A stretch of DNA of 64,000 nucleotides from Actinomycetota bacterium (GCA_046537785.1 JBKHKD010000012.1:14596-78595), one strand, 5' to 3'. Positions 39,180-51,829 are shown, counted from the first letter of the stretch. A program made the numbers and translations. Notes: generated by a model not told the origin, from the letters alone.

Positions 39180-41763
39180 GCTCTTGGAGAGAGAGGAGCT
39201 CCTGGAGTCGCTGGGGGCTCGGCTCGAGAACGCTGCATCGGGTGAGGGGTCGGTCGTCTTGATCGCCGGTGAAGCAGGAGCCGGGAAGACTTCGGTCATC
39301 CGCGCCTTCGTCGCATCCCTCGACGACTCCACCCTGGTGATTCAAGGTGCTTGCGACCCGCTAACGACACCACGGCCCCTGAGCCCGCTCCACGACTTCG
39401 CCGCCGACCCGGATTCGGGTCTGCACGGCCTCGACTTCGACCGCGACCCGATAGAGATCTACAACGAGGTCCTGGACCGTCTGCGACATTCCACCAGGCC
39501 GATCGTGATGACCATCGAGGACATCCACTGGGCCGACGAGGCCACCCTCGACTTCCTGAGGTTCGTCGGGAGACGTATGGCGGACTCCAAAGCGATGCTG
39601 ATTTGTACCTATCGCGACGACGAGGCTGGCCCAGACCACCCGTTGCGCCCCGTGCTCGGGCAGTTGCTGCCGATGGAGTGGACGCAGCGGCTCACGGTCC
39701 CACTGCTCAGCAAAGAGGCAGTTTCGGAGTTGGCGAGGGACCAGACCTTTACCCCCGACGACCTCATGCGCCTCACGGACGGCAACCCCTTCTTCGTGAC
39801 CGAGATCCTGGCCAACGACGAGGGCTTGCCCGAGAGTGTGCAGGAGGCCGTGCTGGCGAGGGTGGCTCGACTCAACGAGCATCCGCAGCGGGTTGTCGAA
39901 GTGGTCTCGGTCGCCCCTCGCTCCCTGGAGATCGAACACGCGTCGTCTATCGCTCAGGCATCTCTCCCCGACGTCGATGAGGCTCTTTCCGCCGGCGTGC
40001 TGGTGAGCGACGGACGAAGCTTGCGTTTCCGACATGAGTTGGCCCGATCCTCAGTAGAGAAGTGGTTGCCACCGGCTCGACGGCTCGAACTGCATTCGAG
40101 CATGCTCCGGCTCCTCGAGGGCGAGGGGTCATCAGACCTGGCGAGACTCGCCCACCACGCAACGCACGCCGGGAAGGGCGACCGGGTAATCCGCTATGCA
40201 CCATCTGCCGCTCGGGAGGCTGCAGAGCGAGGCTCCCACAAGGAGGCGGTCGCCTTCTTCGAGGCCGCTCTCGCCTACGGCGATCTGTTGGATGGGGACG
40301 AGCAAGCGGGGATGCGGGTCGAATTGGCGAACGAGCTGGGCATCGTCGACCGCCGTCTGGAGGCACTCGAGCAGATCGATCGGGCAGTTGGGCACTACCG
40401 AGCCTCCGGCAACAAGAGGGCGCTGGCGGCGACATTGATCCCACACTGGGGAGCCCGGTGGCGTTTCGAGGATGCAGAACGGTTCCGGCAGGGGCTGGAA
40501 GAGGCTCTCCAGATCCTCGAAGCCGAGGACCCCAGCACCGAGCTGGCCAACGCCTATCTCACCTCCGCCTACCAACACATGCTGGCCAGACGGGGCGTGG
40601 ATGCGGCACGTGACCTCGCCAAAGCGAAGACGATCGCAGTTGCTGCCGGGTCCGAGGAGATCGCATGGATCATGAGGATGCTGGAGGGCACGGTAAATCT
40701 CGTGGTTGGAGATGCGGCGGCTGGCATCGAGATCCTCAGCGAGGTCATCGAGCAGGCGGAAGCAGATGACCGGCTGGATGACCAGGTCCTCTCTCTGATG
40801 ATGCTGGGGTCGGGCGCAGGGGAGGTGCGCCGATACGAAGTGGCCATCCCCGCCCTGGAGAAGGGAGTCGAACACGGGCTCGCCGTCGACCAGGACTATC
40901 TCGCCGCTTACTCCCGGGCCTGGTTGGCGCGGGTGGCATTTGAGCAAGGCCGATGGGATGACGCCGTCGAGTACGCGAATCTGGTCGAGCAAGCGACTAC
41001 CTATGGAAAGAGCATCGCCGTCCTCACCGGTTTGAGCGCCCTCGGCCGGGTGCGGGTGCGACGTGGTGATCCGGGCGGCCTCGCCCTCCTCGACGAGATG
41101 GTGGCACTGGCGCACTCCCACGAGCTCCAGCACGGCTGGAATGCGATCTGTGGGCGCGCCGAGTACTTCTGGTTGAGAAAGGAGCCGGAACAGGCACTGG
41201 ACGAGCTCGCACCCACCTATGCAAGAGCCCTCGACACCGATAGTGCGTGGGCTCGAGGCGAGATCGGTTTCTGGATGTGGCGCGCCGGCGCGATCGACTC
41301 TCCGCCCCAGGGTGCAGCCGAGCCTTTCGCTCTTCAGATCTCGGGCGATTGGCGGGCAGCCGCCGGGAGGTGGCGGGAAATCGGCTGCCCCTACGAGGAG
41401 GCGATGGCTCTCGCCGACGGGACGGAGGAAGCCAAGCTAGAGGCACTGGAGATCTTCGACCGGCTCGGCGCCGGACCCATGGCCGATCGGGTGCGAAGCC
41501 AGCTACGCGACCTGGGCGTGGAGCGGGTGCCGCGCGGCCCCAGGAAGACGACCCTCTCCAACCCGGCGGGTTTGACGGCCAGACAGCTGGAAGTGCTTCG
41601 TCTCATGGCCGACGGGCTCACCAACAGCCAGATCGCAGACAAGCTCTACGTGTCGAAAAAGACGGTCGAGCACCATGTGTCCGCGGTCTACTCCAGACTA
41701 GGAGTCGATACCCGTGCTCAAGCCATCAACGCCGCCCGGGAAATCGGCGCAGTCGAGAAATAG
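39178..41763 (+). CDS. LuxR-family transcriptional regulator of the LAL type (N-terminal AAA ATPase, TPR-like middle, C-terminal LuxR HTH)
   Basis: Walker A IAGEAGAGKTS, Walker B-like, long helical repeat region, and C-terminal …LTARQLEVLRLMADGLTNSQIADKLYVSKKTVEHHVSAVYSRLGV…. Confidence 0.85.
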   Translation: MLLEREELLESLGARLENAASGEGSVVLIAGEAGAGKTSVIRAFVASLDDSTLVIQGACDPLTTPRPLSPLHDFAADPDSGLHGLDFDRDPIEIYNEVLDRLRHSTRPIVMTIEDIHWADEATLDFLRFVGRRMADSKAMLICTYRDDEAGPDHPLRPVLGQLLPMEWTQRLTVPLLSKEAVSELARDQTFTPDDLMRLTDGNPFFVTEILANDEGLPESVQEAVLARVARLNEHPQRVVEVVSVAPRSLEIEHASSIAQASLPDVDEALSAGVLVSDGRSLRFRHELARSSVEKWLPPARRLELHSSMLRLLEGEGSSDLARLAHHATHAGKGDRVIRYAPSAAREAAERGSHKEAVAFFEAALAYGDLLDGDEQAGMRVELANELGIVDRRLEALEQIDRAVGHYRASGNKRALAATLIPHWGARWRFEDAERFRQGLEEALQILEAEDPSTELANAYLTSAYQHMLARRGVDAARDLAKAKTIAVAAGSEEIAWIMRMLEGTVNLVVGDAAAGIEILSEVIEQAEADDRLDDQVLSLMMLGSGAGEVRRYEVAIPALEKGVEHGLAVDQDYLAAYSRAWLARVAFEQGRWDDAVEYANLVEQATTYGKSIAVLTGLSALGRVRVRRGDPGGLALLDEMVALAHSHELQHGWNAICGRAEYFWLRKEPEQALDELAPTYARALDTDSAWARGEIGFWMWRAGAIDSPPQGAAEPFALQISGDWRAAAGRWREIGCPYEEAMALADGTEEAKLEALEIFDRLGAGPMADRVRSQLRDLGVERVPRGPRKTTLSNPAGLTARQLEVLRLMADGLTNSQIADKLYVSKKTVEHHVSAVYSRLGVDTRAQAINAAREIGAVEK

Positions 41764-41865
41764 GGGTGGCTGCGGCCCGACTTAGGGGCGCTCCCCGATG
41801 TGTCCGACGACCCCGCTCCTTACGTTGCCCACCAGACCGGAAATACCGGCTGAAAGGAGCAACGA

Positions 41866-42150
41866 ATGCCCCGTTACATGGTGGAACGAGAGTTCCCGAA
41901 TGGTCTCGAGATCCCGACTACCCCCGAAGGTCAGAAGGCGATGCTCGGGGTCGTCGAAAACAACGCGACCGAACAGGTCACATGGGTGCAGTCGTTCGTC
42001 ACCGACGACCACACCAAGACGTTCTGTGTCTACGACGGCCCGTCACCGGAGGCTATCCGGCGTGCAGCCGGGTTGAGCGAACTGCCGGTGAACAAGATCT
42101 CGGAGATCTCCGTGCTCGACCCGTACTTCTACGTAGGAGCGACGTCATGA
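41866..42150 (+). CDS. Small conserved protein, DUF4242-like (SCO4226-type)
   Basis: 94 aa, MPRYMVEREFPNGLEIPTTPEGQKAMLGVV…KTFCVYDGPSPEAIRRAAG…; AAAGGAG RBS. The family call is from memory and is weak. Confidence 0.5.
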   Translation: MPRYMVEREFPNGLEIPTTPEGQKAMLGVVENNATEQVTWVQSFVTDDHTKTFCVYDGPSPEAIRRAAGLSELPVNKISEISVLDPYFYVGATS

Positions 42151-42665
42151 GGAGGCTGATCACGCTGCTGTCGGTACTCGCCTTGACCCTGGCGGCCACG
42201 CCTGTGTTCGCCCGCGGTCAGTCGGACCTCGCCGAGGCGAGGCAGGCAACGGCCCCCTTCCACGACGTCAGCCAGGCTGAAGCCGCTGGTTACTCGAGCA
42301 CTCTGGAAACGCTGGGCTGCTTCGAGAATCCTGGTGTCGGCGGAATGGGTTTGCACTATCTCAACGAGGAGAACCTCGACGGGACCCCGGAGGCAGACGC
42401 ACCGGAGGCCCTGGTGTACGAGATGAGACCCAACGGGAAGCTGAAGCTGGTCGGTCTCGAGTACATCGTGCCGATCGAGGCATGGGCGGAGGACGAGCCT
42501 CCGAGCTTGTTCGGGCAGCACTTCCACCAGCATTCCACATTGCCTCTGTGGGTACTCCACGTCTGGGTGTGGGCTCCCAACCCGAACGGGATGTTCGCTG
42601 ACTGGAACCCGAACGTGGGGCCGTGCCCCGAAGACGTACCCATCTTCGGCGCCGACCTGCCGTAA
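42147..42665 (+). CDS. Secreted hypothetical protein (signal peptide)
   Basis: MRRLITLLSVLALTLAATPVFARG… then a 150-aa Trp/His-rich domain. Its ATG overlaps the upstream stop. The 472-aa track ORF is mostly antisense run-on. Confidence 0.55.
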   Translation: MRRLITLLSVLALTLAATPVFARGQSDLAEARQATAPFHDVSQAEAAGYSSTLETLGCFENPGVGGMGLHYLNEENLDGTPEADAPEALVYEMRPNGKLKLVGLEYIVPIEAWAEDEPPSLFGQHFHQHSTLPLWVLHVWVWAPNPNGMFADWNPNVGPCPEDVPIFGADLP

Positions 42666-44185
42666 GGACCGCGAGCCATACAGAAGGAGCCGGTGGAAGC
42701 CCGGCTCCTTCTGCCCGTTGGAAACCATCACGCCTTCCAGGTCGTTTCTATGGTGTGTCCAAGCGGAGACCTTCATCCTTCGGCGCCGCCATACGCTCCA
42801 TCCTCATCCCCGGATGGGGCCAGATGGTCATAAATCGACCGATCCTCGGAAAAGCCCTGATCTTCACCACCGGGCTCCTCGGAATCGCCGCATTGACGGT
42901 GTTCCTCTTCGCTGATCCGGTCGAGTTGTACGCGTGGCTGGTCGACCCCGACGTGCTCCTGTTCGTGGTGTTCGGAAATTTCCTGTTCGCCGCGGTTCGT
43001 CTCTTCTCCACCGGGCACGCCTGGGTGGTCAGTGGAGGCAGGAGGTGGTTCGTCGCAGTGCTGCTCGCGGCAATCGTGGCCATCCCTCACGCGGCCATCG
43101 CCTGGGTCGGGCTCGAGACCAGAGGCTCAATGCTGAGGGTTTTCCCCGAGTCGACTCCGCCCGCCGCTGCGGCCAGCTCGACGACCACGGGTGCTGCTGC
43201 CACAACCACGACCACCGAGCCGACGACCACAACCACCGACATGACTCTCACTCCTGTCGAGCCCGCCGCCCCCGGAGAATACGGCTCCGACGAAATCGAC
43301 CTCGACGACGTCCCGTTGTGGCGGCCGTTCGGTGAGGAGCGACTCAACATCCTCCTTCTCGGAGGAGACGCCGGCCCCGGTCGACCCGGCCTGCGCACCG
43401 ACACGATCATGGTGGCATCGATCGACCCGGTCAGCGGCGATTCGGCACTCATCGGCCTTCCCCGGAACTTTGGCGGTGTGACCTTCAAGGACGGGTCGGA
43501 GGTGCCGGTTCGCCGTATCAACCACGTCTACTGGTGGGCGTCGGACAAGCCGGACCAGTTCGATGGGCCCGACCCGGGTGCAGCCGCAATCCGCGACGTT
43601 GCGGAGAACATCACCGGACTCTCGATCGACTACTTCATGCTCGTGGACCTCACCGGTTTCGGCGATCTTGTCGACGCCTTCGGCGGGGTGAACCTCACCG
43701 TCCCCGACGCGGTCGATGGCCCGCTCTACGACCCGGAGACGGGGGAATACGAGATGGTCCGCATCCCGGAGGGGGAACAGCAACTCGACGGTGACCATGC
43801 GCTCGCCTACGCCCGCGCCCGATATGGGTCGTCGGACTATGTCCGGATGGGCCGACAGCGCTGCATCGTCGCATCCATGGCCAGCGACGCCGACCCCATG
43901 ACTCTGCTCCCCCGGTTCTCCAACCTCCTCGACGTGGTGGAGACGAACATGAGCACCGACATGCCCGTCGACCTCCTACCGGAGCTGGTGCGGCTGGCGC
44001 CCCGCGTCGAGCCGACAGACGTGAGGGTCATCGGCTTCGACTCGACCTGGAACGCCGGCCGCACTTCCGATGGGCACGCCATTCCCGACATCGAGCGAAT
44101 CAGGGAGACTGTCGTCCAGACAATCGAGGATCCCGCCTCCGCGGAAGAGATGGGCGTGGCGACCGCCGAGTCCGCCTGCGGGTGA
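42623..44185 (+). CDS. LytR-CpsA-Psr (LCP) family cell-envelope glycopolymer transferase
   Basis: Arg-rich cytoplasmic tail, TM helices, Thr-rich linker, and LCP domain (…NILLLGGDAGPGRPGLRTDTIMVASIDP…LPRN…). Exact start uncertain; 43-bp overlap with the upstream ORF. Confidence 0.8.
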   Translation: MPRRRTHLRRRPAVRTASHTEGAGGSPAPSARWKPSRLPGRFYGVSKRRPSSFGAAIRSILIPGWGQMVINRPILGKALIFTTGLLGIAALTVFLFADPVELYAWLVDPDVLLFVVFGNFLFAAVRLFSTGHAWVVSGGRRWFVAVLLAAIVAIPHAAIAWVGLETRGSMLRVFPESTPPAAAASSTTTGAAATTTTTEPTTTTTDMTLTPVEPAAPGEYGSDEIDLDDVPLWRPFGEERLNILLLGGDAGPGRPGLRTDTIMVASIDPVSGDSALIGLPRNFGGVTFKDGSEVPVRRINHVYWWASDKPDQFDGPDPGAAAIRDVAENITGLSIDYFMLVDLTGFGDLVDAFGGVNLTVPDAVDGPLYDPETGEYEMVRIPEGEQQLDGDHALAYARARYGSSDYVRMGRQRCIVASMASDADPMTLLPRFSNLLDVVETNMSTDMPVDLLPELVRLAPRVEPTDVRVIGFDSTWNAGRTSDGHAIPDIERIRETVVQTIEDPASAEEMGVATAESACG

Positions 44186-44200
44186 CCTAGCCTTTCGCCG

Positions 44201-46905
<2,705 letters not shown>

Positions 46906-46909
<4 letters not shown>

Positions 46910-47685
46910 GAGAGAGCCGCCTCCAATGCGGCGTTGAAACGGTCGGGGCGCTCCATCGGCACGGCGTGGTGGGCGTTTTTGATGACGACCGTCTCGGCAG
47001 TGGGCATGGCGTCGATATAGGGCTGCTTTTCGTCGGGAGCCAGGTAGTCGAGGTCGGAGCTGATCACGGTTATTGGGACCTCTATGTTGCTCATCTCGGT
47101 TTTCACACCGTCCCAGTCGAGGATCGCCTGGAATGTGGATTCATACGCCGCTTTGTCGTTCTCGGCCCATCGCTCGACCATCTTCGCTCGAAGATCGTCC
47201 ATGTCGGGATCGGTGAAGAGGTGCTTGCTCAGCACATCGCCGATCTTCTCCATGCTGAGGCGCTTGGTGATGATCTTGCGGATGGTGACTTGGATGCGCT
47301 GACTGATCCTGGTCATCTCGAAGACCTGGAGTGCGTTGACGGCGATCAGGCGGTCAACCAGGTCGGGGCGATCGGCTGCGAGTTGAAACCCGACCATCCC
47401 GCCCAGTGAGATGCCCACCACAGGAGCAGGACCGATGCCCAACTCGTCGACGAGCCCGGCGATGTCGGAGGCGAAGCCCTCGATGCTGTAGGGGCCAGCG
47501 GGCTTGTCCGACCGACCATGGCCACGGAAGTCGGGGACGATCAGCTCACGAGTGTCCTTGAAATGAGCGACCTGGTTCTCCCAATCCCGCGCCGAAGACC
47601 CCAGCCCGTGCAGCAAGAGGAGTGGCGGACCCTCCCCGGCACGGTCGAAGTGCAATTCGATCCCGTTCACTGTCACGTGCGCCAT
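46906..47685 (-). CDS. Alpha/beta hydrolase fold protein
   Basis: …LLLLHGLGSS… and a nucleophile elbow GISLGG; 259 aa. Convergent 4-bp overlap with ppc. Confidence 0.85.
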
Positions 47686-47708
47686 AGCGGCACCGTAATG
47701 TCGGAGTC

Positions 47709-48329
47709 ATGGCGATAACCATCCTCGATCACCCGCTTGCAGCCGACCTGTTGACCATCCTCCGCAACAAGGAGACGCAGCCCCCGGAGTTCCGCCAGAT
47801 AGCGGAGCGTTTGGGCTACCTCCTCGTGGCGGAGGCGCTCTCGGACATGACCACTACCGAGGAGGAGATCGAGACGCCTCTCGAGCTCACCACCGGCACC
47901 CGGCTCCGTCGTCCCGTCGTGGCCGTAGCCGTCCTGCGCGCCGGTCTGGGTCTCCTCGAGTCGGTGCAGACCCTGGTCCCCGACGCAGCCATCGGCTTTG
48001 CCGGTGTCCAGCGCAACGAGGAGACCGCCGAGCCCATGGAGTACTACAACAAGTTCCCGGAACTGTCCTCGGCGAGAGTCCTCATCCTGGAACCGATGCT
48101 CGCCACGGGAGGGTCGCTGTCCTGGGCTATCGACAAAGTGAAAGAGAATGGGGCCAAGGACATCGTCGCCGTCTGTGTCGTCGCCGCCCCCGAAGGTGTT
48201 GACGCCATCCAGGACAAGCATCCCGATGTGCGTGTGGTGGCGGCCGCTCTCGACCGTGAGCTCGACGAGAACTTCTACATCGCACCCGGGCTCGGCGACA
48301 TGGGAGATCGTCTCTTCGGGACGCTGTGA
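47709..48329 (+). CDS. upp: Uracil phosphoribosyltransferase
   Basis: 206 aa, PRPP-binding …VLILEPMLATGGS… and C-terminal …YIAPGLGDMGDRLFGT. Confidence 0.95.
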   Translation: MAITILDHPLAADLLTILRNKETQPPEFRQIAERLGYLLVAEALSDMTTTEEEIETPLELTTGTRLRRPVVAVAVLRAGLGLLESVQTLVPDAAIGFAGVQRNEETAEPMEYYNKFPELSSARVLILEPMLATGGSLSWAIDKVKENGAKDIVAVCVVAAPEGVDAIQDKHPDVRVVAAALDRELDENFYIAPGLGDMGDRLFGTL

Positions 48330-48604
48330 CCGACTTCGAGGACGCGGTGGTGGCCGTCATCTCCTCACTCGAGCCGGGCGACGTGGTCACTTACGGCGAG
48401 GTCGCTACGGAAGCCGGCTATCCCGGAGCGGCCAGGGCGGTGGGCAGTATGCTGCGCACCTCGGAGGGACTGCCGTGGTGGCGTGTCGTGGGAGCGGGAG
48501 GTCGAATCAGGACGCCGAATCCGGAGCGTCAAATCAGACTGTTGACCGATGAGGGTGTGCTGGTGATGAACAAGCGGGTGGTTGCAGCCGGTAAACCCGG
48601 CTAG
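48326..48604 (+). CDS. Alkyltransferase-like (ATL) protein: MGMT DNA-binding domain without the catalytic cysteine
   Basis: 92 aa: …VVTYGEVATEAGYPGAARAVGSMLRTSEGLPWWRVV… The helix-turn-helix and Asn hinge are present, but the PCHR active site is replaced by PWWR. 4-bp overlap with upp. Confidence 0.72.
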   Translation: MTDFEDAVVAVISSLEPGDVVTYGEVATEAGYPGAARAVGSMLRTSEGLPWWRVVGAGGRIRTPNPERQIRLLTDEGVLVMNKRVVAAGKPG

Positions 48605-49983
48605 TCCGGTGGATCCCGTTTACGGATGTAGGTGTGCCCGAGAGGACTGGTCCACTTGTGGTCGCCGCTGGGAAGCCGTTCGTACCGCCATCGGGTGCGG
48701 TGGCGGATGACGTGGTGATGACGGGATAACGGCGCCAGATTGTGATTAGTAGTGGGACCGCCCCGGCCATGGGGATGCCGGTGGTCGATGTCGGACTCCG
48801 TGGCAGGCATCCGGCATCCAGGCCAAACGCATGTCGGGTAGGTGGCCTGGATGTGACGTTTCTGCCCTTCGGTGGGCCGTCGTGCCAGGGTTCCCGTTGC
48901 CACGGGCAAACCGTTGTCGGTGACGGTGAAGACCCACTCGCCGTCGATATTCTCGGAGACTGTCTTGCGGGCGATCTCTGCGATGACCGGCCCGTATCCG
49001 TCGAACTCGCCGGGATCATTGGAGAGCCCGAGAAGGGTGCCGGCTGGAACGGTGATGTTCACCCGTCCGCCACCCGTCAGACTGTTGAAGTGCCGACCGC
49101 GGAGCAGGTCGAGGGCGACGTCGGCCCGAATTTGGTCGAGCGTCCGTTCGTCACCCCCGACTTTCAGCCCTCTGGCAAGTCGCTCGACGTGTCCTCTGGC
49201 GGCAGCAACCGCATCGGGATGTCCCCCGAGGATGTGGAAGCTGCCCGTGAAATCAGGATTGCTGTGAGTCGTCACCTTGCGGTCTTCCAGGCCTTCCTGG
49301 AATGAGGAAGCAGCCCCGTCGGGGTCGGCGACCATCACTTCTTTCGACAACCGATGCTGCAACTGGCCCGTGGTCAGCGTGCCCGCTTCGTCGAGCGTCT
49401 TGTCGAGCACCGTGTCCACGATCTCGTCAGGCAGATGACCCAGCTGGGAGTCGAATACCTTGACCTTCCGCACATCGATCAACCCACGTGAGAACGCAGT
49501 CAGGACGCGGCGCAATGGACCGGCGAGTGACACTGCCCGATCCAGCTCGGCTTCTGACGCCCCTCGGGTGAGGGTGAGGGCGGCGGCGATCTCGGCAGCC
49601 GCATATTCGATCTCCTCGGAGCTGCGGCTGACCGGCGAATCGACGTCGCCCGGTGGGCTGAACGCCACCTCCGCCATCGCCTGATACTTCCCCGCGTCGT
49701 GGTGAGACGAAAGTCGGGCGCGAGCCTGCGTCAACCGGACCGCATCATGACCATTCAAACGAGACGGATCGAGCGATGAGACAATGGCCGCAAGAAACGG
49801 GCCCGGCTCGATTTCCTCCAGACCATCGGGCAGGACATGACGATCCGGCTCGAGCCAGCCGGTGTTCAGTTCATAAACGGCCAGCGATTGGACGAAATCG
49901 TCGAAACCGTCGTCGCACCAGCCACTGGCGACATCTGCCTCCCCCGCTAGAAGCCCGACCGAAGCATTCTCCGTATCGAACAT
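48601..49983 (-). CDS. DUF222 + HNH endonuclease domain protein (REP13E12-like family)
   Basis: 460 aa. The N-terminal DUF222-type region and the C-terminal HNH motif (…CVWPGCRMPATESDIDHRHPHGRGGPTTNHNLAPLSRHHH…) are typical of actinobacterial 13E12-family proteins. Confidence 0.8.
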   Translation of the reverse strand: MFDTENASVGLLAGEADVASGWCDDGFDDFVQSLAVYELNTGWLEPDRHVLPDGLEEIEPGPFLAAIVSSLDPSRLNGHDAVRLTQARARLSSHHDAGKYQAMAEVAFSPPGDVDSPVSRSSEEIEYAAAEIAAALTLTRGASEAELDRAVSLAGPLRRVLTAFSRGLIDVRKVKVFDSQLGHLPDEIVDTVLDKTLDEAGTLTTGQLQHRLSKEVMVADPDGAASSFQEGLEDRKVTTHSNPDFTGSFHILGGHPDAVAAARGHVERLARGLKVGGDERTLDQIRADVALDLLRGRHFNSLTGGGRVNITVPAGTLLGLSNDPGEFDGYGPVIAEIARKTVSENIDGEWVFTVTDNGLPVATGTLARRPTEGQKRHIQATYPTCVWPGCRMPATESDIDHRHPHGRGGPTTNHNLAPLSRHHHVIRHRTRWRYERLPSGDHKWTSPLGHTYIRKRDPPD

Positions 49984-50167
49984 ATGTTCGACTCTACACG
50001 CACCCTACGACAGATGTCAACCCCCATTTCGAAATATTTTCTACTGCCAACCAACACAGACCGCGTCGGGCGGACTTGAGACCTGGCTATCGCTGTCTGT
50101 AGCGGACCGAGGCGTCCTCGGCCCGGCGAGAACTGGAAGCGTCACCCGAGCACCGTCCTTCCCGACT

Positions 50168-51829
50168 TCATCGCGGCGGCACCTCCCTCTCCCCGATCTG
50201 ATTGCCCTCGGCGTCGTAGGCGATGATCGATGTGGGTCGTGGGTCCTCGGTGTATTTCTGGGAGATCACGCCATAGCCGGCGGTGGGACGCTGCCAGTAG
50301 GTGCCTTCGTCGATGATGAACTGCACGACGGCTGTCTCCAACGGGACCGAATAGGACAGGTCGCTCACGGCAAATCGGGACGACCTGCTCTCTCCGATGA
50401 TCCCGAAACGCTGGAGAGGGAAATTGCCTCCGCCACTTCCGTAGCCCGATCCTCTCGTTTCGCTGAAATTGACCCCTCCCCACTCGCCGAACCAGAGTAT
50501 GGCGGTCAGTGGCTCAGCACCCGACGGCTGGTGTGTAGCCGTGCCGATGACGATCACCGGTCGATCCTCCGTTGCGAGTGGTTCAGATCTCGATCGTGGC
50601 CCAGGTCGCGGTCCACCGAACATCATCTCTGGCAGCACGTCGGCCGACTCAGCCGGCACGAGAGGCATTTCCTCTCCGAGAGCGGCGGTGTCGAACTGCG
50701 GCTCCGGGCCCCTCGGGGCCTGGATGACATAGGGATCCTCGGAGAGGACGACACCATCCCGCACTTCTTCGACGTAGCGGTCGGTCATTTCGTCCGCCAC
50801 CTCGGGGGAGACCGTTATCGGTTCATCCCTCAAGGCCTCGAACACCGGCAAGACTTCGTCGTCGGGAACATCGAGATAGAGGCTGACGCTCGATGAGCTC
50901 CACGATCTCTCCTCGGGCTCCACGATCGACCCATCTTCCGTCGTTACGACGGGAGCCTCGTTGCTGACGGGACGGACAATGCTTGATCGTACGAAAACAT
51001 CCAGACCCAACGCGATCTCCAGGCCGCGCGCCTGCGCCTCGACTTCATCCGGCACCTCATACGCGAAACCGTCATGACGGTCCGTCATCCTGAATTCCCA
51101 TTCGAGGTTCGGACCGAGTCCCAGGAACTCCTCATCCGATACCCTCTCGACTCCCTCGCCAATGGACAGAACTTCGTCCCTACCCATCCCAAGAGCCAGG
51201 ATCTCGAAGACACCGCCCTCGTCGTCGACCACGACAAGGGACACCAGAGTCGTGGCTACAGGTCCGTCGGCGTACTCAGCCTCGTGGATGACCCCTTGTC
51301 GACCGCCGACCTCAACCCTCGCAGCCCCCGGGTTCGACTCCACGATGTCGGTCAGATAGCTCTCGAGGTCCTCGGGCGACCCGGCAGGACTCATGAAAGG
51401 ATCGCCGACATGGAAGCCACCGTCTCCCGGTAACCACTCGCCGGAAGTCTCGCGGAGGTAAACGAGTTCCCGGTTGAACTCAGAGGCCGACATGTCCTGC
51501 AACACGAACCCTTCAGGCACTTCAGACGGCACGTAGTACCCGGTCTCGCGGTCCATCGGGTCGGGAAGCGTGTCGGCCGGCGGAGGGTCGTCGCCGGGGA
51601 AGACCAGGGCGAACACCCCGAAGATGATCAAGAGGATGACTGCGGCTGCGAGGGCCGGCCAGCGACGCTGCACGGAAAATCGTCTCTCAATGGAGGGACT
51701 AAGACCGACGACCGGATCGGTGCCATCCCGGCGCTCGCAACGGAGGCTGACCTCTTCCACTGTGATCTGTTCCTGCTCACGCTCGACGACAGCGGCGTAT
51801 TCACGGATCTGTGTCTTCAGGTCGGTCAT
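50168..51829 (-). CDS. Putative anti-sigma factor: short cytoplasmic N-terminus, one TM, and a large extracytoplasmic domain
   Basis: 553 aa with a TM at …WPALAAAVILLIIFGVFALVF…; 4-bp overlap with the upstream ECF sigma gene. No recognisable zinc-binding anti-sigma motif. Confidence 0.6.
   Translation of the reverse strand: MTDLKTQIREYAAVVEREQEQITVEEVSLRCERRDGTDPVVGLSPSIERRFSVQRRWPALAAAVILLIIFGVFALVFPGDDPPPADTLPDPMDRETGYYVPSEVPEGFVLQDMSASEFNRELVYLRETSGEWLPGDGGFHVGDPFMSPAGSPEDLESYLTDIVESNPGAARVEVGGRQGVIHEAEYADGPVATTLVSLVVVDDEGGVFEILALGMGRDEVLSIGEGVERVSDEEFLGLGPNLEWEFRMTDRHDGFAYEVPDEVEAQARGLEIALGLDVFVRSSIVRPVSNEAPVVTTEDGSIVEPEERSWSSSSVSLYLDVPDDEVLPVFEALRDEPITVSPEVADEMTDRYVEEVRDGVVLSEDPYVIQAPRGPEPQFDTAALGEEMPLVPAESADVLPEMMFGGPRPGPRSRSEPLATEDRPVIVIGTATHQPSGAEPLTAILWFGEWGGVNFSETRGSGYGSGGGNFPLQRFGIIGESRSSRFAVSDLSYSVPLETAVVQFIIDEGTYWQRPTAGYGVISQKYTEDPRPTSIIAYDAEGNQIGEREVPPR

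Noticed and set aside
41247-42665. 472-aa plus ORF
   Set aside because: The N-terminal 300 aa are Arg/Gly-rich read-through across the LuxR 3' end and DUF4242 in another frame. Only the C-terminal signal-peptide protein (42147-42665) is plausible.
48601-49983. HNH/DUF222 gene as an IS element or transposon
   Set aside because: There is no transposase or integrase and no terminal inverted repeats. It is kept as a CDS with a note on possible mobility.
51320-51350. tRNA T-loop-like motif GGTTCGACTCC
   Set aside because: It lies inside the anti-sigma coding sequence. No acceptor or anticodon stem could be built around it. No tRNA genes are evident anywhere in the window.
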